DNA from: a virus
Lineage: Duplodnaviria > Caudoviricetes
IMG/VR virus record: IMGVR_UViG_3300025689_000001
Span: 58,746-122,745 of that record
Direction: 5' to 3' (one strand)
Length of the DNA stretch: 64,000 bases
The translations under genes and the position numbers were made by a program. This document shows, piece after piece, positions 56,697-64,000 of the stretch; position 1 is the first letter of the stretch; each line of letters begins with the position of its first letter. The notes under the pieces are model-generated. The model ran no database searches. It had not been told where the DNA came from and saw nothing but the letters and a program-made list of their open reading frames with translations.

Positions 56697-56876
56697 TGGT
56701 GTGGAATAAGGGAATCGAACCCTCGTCCCCTGCATTGGTGCTTCATACAAGTAATGAACTCATATCTTTTGCCATTCTTCATCTGAATATTTCTTTATTT
56801 CAGTTCGAACCGCAAATGTCTTACATTAGACGAATGAGGCGGCAAGCAGGAATCCTAACCGCTGAACGAATTCCAC
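56697..56876 (-). tRNA. trnG: tRNA-Gly(GCC) interrupted by a 105-nt tRNA-shaped intron (56736-56840)
   Basis: Exons join as CCTGC-TTGCC|AT-GCAGG; acceptor GTGGAAT/ATTCCAC; T arm GAGGG-TTCGATT-CCCTT; CCA. Confidence 0.8.
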
Positions 56877-56924
56877 ATTATTGAGGTTTTTGCCGAATGC
56901 TCAGGGATAAACCTCTTAACCCTT

Positions 56925-57009
56925 TGGCGATGACGACGGGACTCGAACCCGCATATAGCTTTCGCTCCGGAGAGACAGTCCGGTGCCTGACCAATTAGGC
57001 TACGCCACC
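56925..57009 (-). tRNA. trnD: tRNA-Asp(GUC) with a long variable arm
   Basis: CCGGA-CTGTCTC-TCCGG; variable arm AGC-GAAA-GCT; G73-CCA. Confidence 0.85.
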
Positions 57010-57151
57010 ATTAAAATCGGTTTACTTTGCTTCTTTATTTTTTTACGAGGCGTTTTCCACAAAGCCACATACCAGATGGTGCTGGTGAACTTAATCACTA
57101 ACCTTTCTGTCGGTGGTAGTTTAACCGCAAAATCCATGTTAACCCCTCAAA

Positions 57152-57238
57152 TGGTCGGCATGGTGGGACTCGAACCCACACGTCCCGAAGGACACTAGCT
57201 CCTTAGGCTAGCGCGTCTGCCAATTCCGCCACACGCCG
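57152..57238 (-). tRNA. trnL: tRNA-Leu(AAG)
   Basis: CTAGC-CTAAGGA-GCTAG; long variable arm; A73-CCA. Confidence 0.9.
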
Positions 57239-57304
57239 ATAAACTCAAGACGGGAAATACATTACCAAAAAATGTTTTGTTATGATTTGCTGAACCGTCT
57301 TTAC

Positions 57305-57381
57305 TGGTGGAGGCGATGGGAATCGAACCCACAACCTCATGCGTGACAGGCATGCGTTCTAACCAACTGAACTACGCTACC
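57305..57381 (-). tRNA. trnD: tRNA-Asp(GUC), two acceptor-stem mismatches
   Basis: CATGC-CTGTCAC-GCATG; CCA. Confidence 0.8.
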
Positions 57382-57455
57382 ATTTCAAGGCTACTTATTT
57401 TAACGAGTAGTTGCCTTAACAAACTCGGTTCTTTTAATGAGGTTATCTCCTCTAT

Positions 57456-57721
57456 TGGCTGGAACGGAGGGACTCGAACCCACGACCTGACGGTTATGGC
57501 ATCAAATGTCAGGATTGAACTGACGATATCCTTGCTCATAAAGCCTTTCATGCTCCTCTGCGTGACAATTTGAACACAACAGGATACATTTATCAACCTC
57601 TTTCTTTAACGAAGAAATATTTTTTGATAAACATCCACAGATTTCACAGGTCTTCATTTTAAATATCACTTCCACAAGTATCTGATACAGCCGCCTGCTC
57701 TACCAGCTGAGCTACGAACCA
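57456..57721 (-). tRNA. trnN: tRNA-Asn(GUU) interrupted by a 190-nt tRNA-shaped intron (57497-57686)
   Basis: Exons join as GGCGG-CTGT|TAA-CCGTC; G73-CCA. Confidence 0.8.
57502..57657 (-). pseudogene. Internally deleted HNH endonuclease (51 aa) inside the tRNA-Asn intron
   Basis: MKTCEICG...KEVDKCILLCSNCHAEEH; the central HNH segment is missing. Confidence 0.7.
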
Positions 57722-58142
57722 ATCTGTTGTACTTTTTAAGTAACTTTCTTTTGTCTTAACTCTAAAATAATTATATCATAAATTTTAGAAAATGTCAACT
57801 TTTCAATTCTCTAAAATTTTTGAAATCGAAAGGAATCCGGTGGAGTTTACAAGCGGTGCCACCGGTCACCAGTTATTTTAGAAAGGAAGAGCAGTTTACG
57901 AAACGACTTACTCGGGTCGAGAAGATTTCTTTTTTTTCTTTTCCTCATTTTCTATAATAATTATACTATAAATTTTAGATTTTGTCAAGATTTCTTTTCT
58001 CTAAAATTTATTTATAGAAGCGTCCCTCCAAAGGAGTGATTTGTTTATTTGTGGGATTTCTGACACTGAACCTAACGCCATTATTGTAGAAAGGAGTTCC
58101 TGCACTTTTCTTCGCCGCCGTGCAGGTAGCGGAAGTAATTAT

Positions 58143-58897
58143 TGGTTGCGGGGGAAGGATTTGAACCAACGACCTCCAGCTTCATATTCTTCTTTAGTTG
58201 TCAAACATTTTTTCAAACGTATACTCGGTTAAGTTTTAGGGTGATAAAGAAAAGGTCTTAGAACTATTAGAGAAAGAAAACAAGGAAATTGTTCGCCGCC
58301 TTGTCAATTCTGGTTTAACTTATAAAGAAGCCTCTTGCGGCATTGGACAGTGGAAGTTTGAGTACGAGGCTGAGACTTTTATTCAAACTGCTCCTAAACA
58401 TTATTCTTACTGCGTTAATGGTCTTGAATAAGATTACAGTTTGATTTAGTTCCATATTTTGGAAGCTCAGTCCTAAAAATTTTACTTTGAGATTTCTCAA
58501 TCATTTCTACTGGAATGAAAACCGCTTTGTCTTCAATAAAAGTAATAATGAAATCAATTTCATCTTTAGTATAAAATTTTCGTACATTTCCATTAGCTTT
58601 CATAGCTGTATTAGAAGTGTTTACTGTATAACTTCCATTATCATTTTTGTGGGCACTTTTACATTGAATTCTTACAATCTTTTTACCAGTATCAACTAAA
58701 AGGTCATATCTTCCTACATTTCCATAAGGGATTGAACATAAATAACCTTTATTAGTAAAATACAAAAGACTTCTTAATTCAGTAGAAATTCCTTTTTGAA
58801 TTTGTTCACTTAATAAATTTGACATTTTACATCACCTCTCGGTGATAACTAACATTGAATATGAGGCTGGCGAGCTACCAGACTGCTCTACCCCGCA
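58143..58897 (-). tRNA. trnM: tRNA-Met(CAU), initiator-like D arm, interrupted by a ~678-nt intron (58183-58860)
   Basis: TGCGGGGTAGAGCAGTCTGGTAGCTCGCCAGCCTCAT | AAGCTGGAGGTCGTTGGTTCAAATCC...CCCCGCAACCA. Confidence 0.8.
58415..58825 (-). CDS. Intron-encoded PD-(D/E)XK endonuclease (I-Ssp6803I-like); C-terminus displaced by an insertion
   Basis: KG...E, P.G...RYDLLVD, RIQCKS, YTKDEIDF. Confidence 0.85.
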   Translation of the reverse strand: MSNLLSEQIQKGISTELRSLLYFTNKGYLCSIPYGNVGRYDLLVDTGKKIVRIQCKSAHKNDNGSYTVNTSNTAMKANGNVRKFYTKDEIDFIITFIEDKAVFIPVEMIEKSQSKIFRTELPKYGTKSNCNLIQDH

Positions 58898-58947
58898 ATA
58901 TAAAGCGGCGACGTGCGCCGCTTAAATCGCACTTTATCTTTTTCTTA

Positions 58948-59370
58948 TTAACCCTGAGCCTCAGCCTTAACCTGTGCTCTCTTTGCTTCATCAGCCGCAA
59001 TCTGCTTTGCCTTAGCTTCTGCCTTAGCGGCATCATTTGCAGCCTTTGTTGTGATGTAACTGTCATACTGTGCAGCCGAATCATAGAAATCGAAGGGGGT
59101 GTATGTCTTCTTGTCGGAAGTGTGATTTGTAAACTCCTTAACTGCCGCACTTACTGCAACGACAATCGGGTTTGTCTCACCATCTTCGCCAGTTCCCTCG
59201 CCGACGATAACACCGATAAGATTTGTCTTGGACTTATCAGAGCCAGTTCTCATCATCTCAGCTGTACCGTACTTCTCTCTGAGACATTCAAGGATATATT
59301 CCTGAACCTCATTCTTCACATCTGCCTTAGCTTTCGCCAGTGTATACTCCTTAGTGATTGTAATATCCAT
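58948..59370 (-). CDS. Hypothetical protein, family D
   Basis: Paralogue of 46625-47068; own promoter. Confidence 0.7.
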   Translation of the reverse strand: MDITITKEYTLAKAKADVKNEVQEYILECLREKYGTAEMMRTGSDKSKTNLIGVIVGEGTGEDGETNPIVVAVSAAVKEFTNHTSDKKTYTPFDFYDSAAQYDSYITTKAANDAAKAEAKAKQIAADEAKRAQVKAEAQG

Positions 59371-59516
59371 TTGATACCTCTTTCCCGCCCTTTTGAGCGA
59401 ATTTGTTATTTTGTTTTTCTTAACTTTCTATAAATATTATACAATATTTTTTAGAAAAAGTCAAATTTTTATTGCCTTAAATTTTTTGATTTGGGGCGGA
59501 AGTCCGCCCCTCTGAC

Positions 59517-59882
59517 TTAGGCGAGGGTGTAACCCTTCACCTTTCTGCCGTTGGAACGAACCTCAGACTGAACGAGCTTACCTTCCTTGGTGAGGTCACC
59601 AGCAAGGCTGGAAGCCTTCATTGTGGTTACGCCGACCAGAGTGCCGAGCTCAGAAGCGACATAAGTCTTGCCTGCTTCCATTACGGAGAGCATGGTTTCA
59701 CGAGCAGCGGCATCAGCTTCACGCTTAGCAACTGCGGCTTCGGAGTTCTTACGCTTGTCGTTCTTCTCGTCGAGCTTTGCAAGACGGGCAACTGCGAATG
59801 CCTTGAGGTCTTCGGAAGCGGTCTCAAGAGTTGCAACCTCTTCCCATGCGTTTCTTTCTGTGAACTTAGATGTAGTAGCCAT
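59517..59882 (-). CDS. Hypothetical protein, family A
   Basis: EKNDKR...TYVASEL...GRKVKGY; own promoter and terminator. Confidence 0.7.
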   Translation of the reverse strand: MATTSKFTERNAWEEVATLETASEDLKAFAVARLAKLDEKNDKRKNSEAAVAKREADAAARETMLSVMEAGKTYVASELGTLVGVTTMKASSLAGDLTKEGKLVQSEVRSNGRKVKGYTLA

Positions 59883-60003
59883 AATAGCCTCTCTTTCTGC
59901 ACTGTAAGGCGTGTGCCGCCATTCTTATTTTTTGGGGAATTCCTTCCTCATTTTCTATAATAATTATATCATAAATTTTAGAGTTTGTCAAGTTTTCTTT
60001 TCT

Positions 60004-60429
60004 TTAAAGTTTTTCAACTTGAGTAGAGAACTCAAAATCATCTTTCATTTTAACACCGACTTTCTGTCCATTCTTAGGTAATGTAAGTCTTATATTTAAC
60101 TGTGTTAAAACTACATCATCAGGTATATATAATCCCGACCAATTATTTTCAACACAGTACAAATAAAATACATCGACTTCATTTGTTGAATAACGAGTTG
60201 TTTTCCAAGCACCTTTTGAATAGTTTGTAGTCTTAGTGCTAAAAACCATCTTGTCGTCTTTGATAGACTCAGTTGTTTTTACTTGTACTCGATATATTTT
60301 CTAACCATTATCTATGATTAAATCATAACGAGCATTGTTACTCAAAGGAGTACTTACAACAAACCCAGCTTTTGTGAAATCGGCAATCGCCATTGCTTCG
60401 CCTATATCACCTATACCAACTGTATTCAT
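60004..60429 (-). CDS. Free-standing PD-(D/E)XK endonuclease next to tRNA-Lys (one TAG)
   Basis: MNTVGIGDIGE...RYDLIIDNG[TAG]KIYRVQVKT. Confidence 0.85.
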
Positions 60430-60448
60430 TTGCACCCCTCCTGTAAAA

Positions 60449-60524
60449 TGGTGGGTATGACAGGACTCGAACCTGCAACCTCGAAATTAAAAGTTTCTTG
60501 CGCTACCAATTGCGCCACATACCC
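60449..60524 (-). tRNA. trnK: tRNA-Lys(UUU)
   Basis: Anticodon loop CTTTTAA; full cloverleaf; CCA. Confidence 0.9.
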
Positions 60525-60769
60525 ATATGTACCGTTGGTGACCAACCTTATTGCTGACGGCACAGCACCCCTATTATTAGTTTTTCGCTCTCTCACTCAA
60601 TAGGGGGATGAACGGGCACCTATCGTTTGCCAACCGCTTTCCTTTCGAAGGTCAATCAGGGCGAAGAATATTCCCTACAGATTGAAGATATTCTGCATCT
60701 ACATATTTTAGGCACGATGTCTCGCCGCCAGCCTTGTATGTTTTACTTCCCTGCCGCATCCGAGAAGAA

Positions 60770-60845
60770 TGGTCACGCCTACGGGACTCGAACCCATATC
60801 TTCGCCTTGAGAGGGCGACTTCCTGACCAGTTAGAAGAAGGCGCG
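60770..60845 (-). tRNA. trnE: tRNA-Glu(CUC)
   Basis: TCGCC-CTCTCAA-GGCGA; CCA. Confidence 0.9.
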
Positions 60846-60921
60846 ATTTCCAGAAAAGGTATTTCTCAACCTTTTCTATAATAATTATATCATAATTTTT
60901 TAATTTTGTAAAGCTCTTAAC

Positions 60922-61452
60922 TCAATAAGAATTTATGATTTCGATTGAGAACTCATACTCTTCAAGAGTCATCAGCACATCGTGGAGATTAAATTTTGTA
61001 TCGGGATAATCGCCCTCATCTTCAATATCACGAATTGCATCTGCGATAACTCCGCTGTTGAGATAACGTTCTCTGTCCTCAATATTCTCATAAGCCAGAA
61101 TATCTTCGAAGCGAGCGAAAAGATTATCCCAAGCACAAAGTCTTGAAAGCTGACGAATGGTAATCTGCCGAGCAGAATGAGCACCCCAGATTGAATCTGT
61201 GAACATTTCATCATTCCTATCTGCCACGGCGGCAGAAAGAGTTTCGATGATATCCTCAAGAGCTTCAGGCTTAACCTCAAGCTGCCAGTCTTCATCATAT
61301 GAGATTACGTTCTCTTCGTTTGCCATTGCAACCTGCATTGTCTTAGTGCGAAGTGTCCAACACTTACGCCAGTAAGCAATTTCAAAGTTGGCAACGACTT
61401 CATTGTCCTTTCTTCGCTTCAGCTTTATACTCATTTCATAGTCAAGTCCCAT
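60922..61452 (-). CDS. Hypothetical protein (MGLD...YWRK family)
   Basis: ORF with SD GAGGAG. Confidence 0.7.
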   Translation of the reverse strand: MGLDYEMSIKLKRRKDNEVVANFEIAYWRKCWTLRTKTMQVAMANEENVISYDEDWQLEVKPEALEDIIETLSAAVADRNDEMFTDSIWGAHSARQITIRQLSRLCAWDNLFARFEDILAYENIEDRERYLNSGVIADAIRDIEDEGDYPDTKFNLHDVLMTLEEYEFSIEIINSY

Positions 61453-61455
61453 AGT

Positions 61456-61575
61456 TTACTCCTCTCCATCTCTCATGCCGAGAGAATCATCTGCGTCTCC
61501 TGCCGCCTTGCAGAAAATCCATGCCAAAAATGCTGTTACGAGCCAGATGACTCCACCGATGATTACCACTTTCAT
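61456..61575 (-). CDS. Small membrane protein
   Basis: MKVVIIGGVIWLVTAFLAWIFCKAAGDADD. Confidence 0.6.
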   Translation of the reverse strand: MKVVIIGGVIWLVTAFLAWIFCKAAGDADDSLGMRDGEE

Positions 61576-61576
61576 A

Positions 61577-61744
61577 TCACAGCACCTCGACAGAATCAAT
61601 CTCAACGTTGTACTTGAGAGCGAACTCTCTCTTAGCCTTACGGATTGCGTCAGGAGTATCAGTCATTACAACCTGCTCGGTGTAGAACTCCTTGCCGCCG
61701 AAGCCCTCTGCTGTTTTTGCTCTGAGTACGAATGTTCTTTCCAT
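61577..61744 (-). CDS. Hypothetical protein
   Basis: SD AAGGAG. Confidence 0.6.
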   Translation of the reverse strand: MERTFVLRAKTAEGFGGKEFYTEQVVMTDTPDAIRKAKREFALKYNVEIDSVEVL

Positions 61745-61757
61745 GATAATCTCTCCT

Positions 61758-62093
61758 TTATATCTCGTCATATATAGGGGCATATTTGCGAATATGATTA
61801 TGAGTGACCGTAGCCATCAGCTTTTCATTGCCATCGACTTCCTTGATATAAATATCAGTCTTGTCTGTTGTAACAGAACCTCTACCTCTCGGAAAGGTAA
61901 ATTTCTTCGCCACCTTTTCAAGATAAGGTAAGTCAATAGTATTAAGCTCCATTCTGCCGCCGCTATGACGGATAAGAATAAAAAGCGGAACACCATTAAT
62001 CAGTTTGGGATTGCTGTCAAGTAATCGTCTGTGCCACTTCACAGAGTATTCTTCATACTGGTCAGTGACAATAAGATGTGTTTTTACTCTCAT
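61758..62093 (-). CDS. Hypothetical protein
   Basis: Follows the promoter at ~62118-62153. Confidence 0.65.
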   Translation of the reverse strand: MRVKTHLIVTDQYEEYSVKWHRRLLDSNPKLINGVPLFILIRHSGGRMELNTIDLPYLEKVAKKFTFPRGRGSVTTDKTDIYIKEVDGNEKLMATVTHNHIRKYAPIYDEI

Positions 62094-62245
62094 TCAATCT
62101 CTCCCTTTCTCATTTTCTATAATAATTATAGCAAAAATTTTGAAATTTGTCAAGATTTTCTGAGATTAAAATTTTGGTGGAGATGACCAATTCCCTCTGC
62201 CATTAAATTAAATTAAGTTTTGTTTTTAAATAATTCCAATCAAGA

Positions 62246-62494
62246 TTACTTTTTGCTTAGAGAAGGTTCATCAAGAGAACTCTGAACGCAACTTATCTTC
62301 TGAATAGAAAACGTCGATGTAGGCTTTACATCGACGACTTTAACACGAGTACCATTACATACCGCCTTAGTGCCGTCCTCTGAAAGCATACGAATTACAT
62401 CGCCCTTCTTAGGAACATCGCCTACAACTTCATAGTCATAAGTTCTGCCGCCAAAGATAAGCTGCTTATTTTTGAACTGAACTGTAACGAACAT
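62246..62494 (-). CDS. Hypothetical protein
   Basis: SD GAAAGGAG, MFVTVQF... Confidence 0.65.
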   Translation of the reverse strand: MFVTVQFKNKQLIFGGRTYDYEVVGDVPKKGDVIRMLSEDGTKAVCNGTRVKVVDVKPTSTFSIQKISCVQSSLDEPSLSKK

Positions 62495-62585
62495 AATGTT
62501 CTCCTTTCTTATTAAAACTCGACGGTAAATACTCCGCAAAGAATGAAGCGAAATGATTTTCTCTTGATTGCTGACCCGTCATTAT

Positions 62586-62660
62586 TGGTTACCACAGCCT
62601 CGAGTCGAACGGGCATCGTCGGGGTTAGAATCCGAAGTTCTACCATTAAACTATGTGGTA
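62586..62660 (-). tRNA. Amber suppressor tRNA (CUA), Gln-like
   Basis: TCGGA-TTCTAAC-CCCGA; U1-A72 acceptor TACCACA/TGTGGTA; CCA. Confidence 0.85.
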
Positions 62661-62663
62661 ATA

Positions 62664-62739
62664 TGGTTACGAGGGCGTGGCCATGATCCCGCACTCTCCG
62701 GGTTAGAGCCGGAGGTTCTACCAATTAAACTACCTCGTA
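62664..62739 (-). tRNA. Amber suppressor tRNA (CUA), Gln-like, atypical T loop
   Basis: TCCGG-CTCTAAC-CCGGA; acceptor TACGAGG/CCTCGTA; CCA. Confidence 0.8.
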
Positions 62740-62878
62740 ATATTTTTCAAAACAATTTTTAGTGTTACCTTAATATAATAAATCACGATAGAGTTCTTTG
62801 CCACCGTGGCTTTTCGCAAGAAGTCGAACCCGCGTTCATATGCTTAGAATTTTTATGGATTGCTGTAACTGCCTTAGT

Positions 62879-62951
62879 TGGTCGGAGTGGGGAGACTCGA
62901 ACTCCCAGCCTCATGGACCAAACCACGCGCTGCCAGTTGCGTCACACCCCG
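62879..62951 (-). tRNA. trnP: tRNA-Pro(UGG)-like with a shortened anticodon arm (possibly pseudo)
   Basis: CGGGGTG/CACTCCG-A-CCA Pro-type acceptor; anticodon arm GTGG-TTTGGT-CCAT has only a 6-nt loop. Confidence 0.6.
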
Positions 62952-62969
62952 ATAATTATTTAAGAAAAC

Positions 62970-63443
62970 TACATTTGGAAAGGACTTTCTCTTGGGTTGC
63001 CCTACACAACACCAGACACTTGAAGTTGGTCTGTGTAGCCAACAGAACTTCTCTTTACGAGATTCTCTCCTTCATCCACTCCTCGGGCTCACCCAATGAG
63101 TGTCCTTCCCGCCTGCGGGGAACTCTGTCTGCGCTCCCGTTGACCGCCTTACTCACTGCTTCCTTGCCAACCTAATCCGGCTCCACAGCAAGCAGGTCAA
63201 CCGCTATTAAAAACACCTTGACAGTAGGTTTGCTCACTTATCGTATGAGCGGTTCACTACGTCTTCCGACTACGACCGCCAGAAGAATGAAACTTTTCTT
63301 GCTAAGCCCGGGACAGTTTCTACCCTCGCTTGGCTCGGAGTAATCCACTTAGCTGAATTACAAGGTCTTAGCCACACATACAGTCAAGCCATATGTGCCG
63401 TCACATTGCGTTGTGTGACGTATTCGTTGAGCTCTCAACGCTT
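62970..63443 (-). ncRNA. Candidate large structured ncRNA between tRNA-Val and tRNA-Pro
   Basis: ~470 nt, GC-richer, no credible minus-strand ORF, many hairpins (CGTTGAG/CTCAACG, CGTCACA/TGTGACG, GCTCA/TGAGC, CTACACA/TGTGTAG). Confidence 0.55.
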
Positions 63444-63988
63444 TGGTACCCGAAGCCGGGCTCGAACCGACGACCCCTCCTTTAGATAGCTATGCTCAAA
63501 GCTTCCTTAGAACCTCCTCTGCTTTGTAATCATCAAGAAAACTTATTCTTTTTCTTTGACCATTTTTAGGTGGAATAATTCTTAATGTCTTTTCATTACT
63601 GCATTCATTTTGGGGAACTAAATAACATTCTCCTTTGTAAAAAGTGGCAAAATAATTTGCGTCCTCTGAAGTGTACTTATGAGTTGTATAGCCATTGTTA
63701 TTATGACCAATCCAAACAGTTTTGAATTTGATGGCATATACTTCTCCATTTTCACTTAAAGGCTGTGCGTGTTTGACTTGAACTTTATATAATTTATTAT
63801 CCCAATCAATAATTAAATCATATCTTTCGCTATTACCAAAAGGTAAGCTGACTGCACATCCAAGTTCATATAGACGTGTTGCACATTGTAACTCTGTTAA
63901 ATTGCCAATCTTCTTCGTATTTTCCATGATGTTTCGGAAGCGAGTTAGTTATGTAAAAGAGGTGCTCTCCCAGTTGAGTTAATCGGGT
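63444..63988 (-). tRNA. trnV: tRNA-Val(UAC) interrupted by a ~470-nt intron (63483-63952)
   Basis: ACCCGATTAACTCAACTGGGAGAGCACCTCTTTTAC | AAGGAGGGGTCGTCGGTTCGAGCCCGGCTTCGGGTACCA. Confidence 0.8.
63496..63927 (-). CDS. Intron-encoded PD-(D/E)XK endonuclease (I-Ssp6803I-like)
   Basis: IGNLTE, PFGNSERYDLIID, KVQVKH. Confidence 0.88.
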   Translation of the reverse strand: MENTKKIGNLTELQCATRLYELGCAVSLPFGNSERYDLIIDWDNKLYKVQVKHAQPLSENGEVYAIKFKTVWIGHNNNGYTTHKYTSEDANYFATFYKGECYLVPQNECSNEKTLRIIPPKNGQRKRISFLDDYKAEEVLRKL

Positions 63989-64000
63989 ATTTCCTTAACT

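Noticed and set aside
57456-57721. Reading the interrupted tRNA as Tyr (GUA)
   Set aside because: The short variable loop, G73 and the GCGGCTGTTAACCG context indicate Asn, and the Asn junction coincides with the ends of the inner tRNA-like unit.
58143-58897. Classical group I intron in tRNA-Met (U before, G after the splice sites)
   Set aside because: The non-ORF part is only ~46 nt plus an inverted coding fragment, and no P3-P7 core is recognisable; a covariance search is still needed to exclude it formally.

Overview
64 kb of a large tailed dsDNA phage, probably infecting a low-GC Firmicute (sigmaA-type TTGACA/TATAAT promoters, GAAAGGA/GGAGG Shine-Dalgarno sites). It uses genetic code 15 (TAG=Gln). 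(i) 1-32.7 kb, minus strand: virion morphogenesis module (terminase, portal, protease/scaffold, major capsid, neck, five tail-tube-family paralogues, tape measure). The ORF track shows these genes in pieces only because of in-frame TAG codons. (ii) 33-48 kb, plus strand: array of 16 small promoter-gene-terminator units bracketed by 17 copies of a ~70-bp imperfect inverted repeat centred on CCGTTATAACGG. Its left and right arms assort independently, which suggests cassette shuffling. (iii) 48-50 kb: non-coding low-complexity, origin-like region. (iv) 50-64 kb, minus strand: small genes, a BrxL-like ATPase and a tRNA/ncRNA cluster with two amber-suppressor tRNAs. Four tRNA genes are interrupted in the anticodon loop by introns with no visible ribozyme core. 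Two of these introns (Gly, Asn) are themselves tRNA-shaped, running from acceptor +1 to CCA, and one of them carries a mini-HNH ORF. The other two (Met, Val) are simple stems enclosing PD-(D/E)XK endonuclease genes. All calls were made by eye; no database searches were run.
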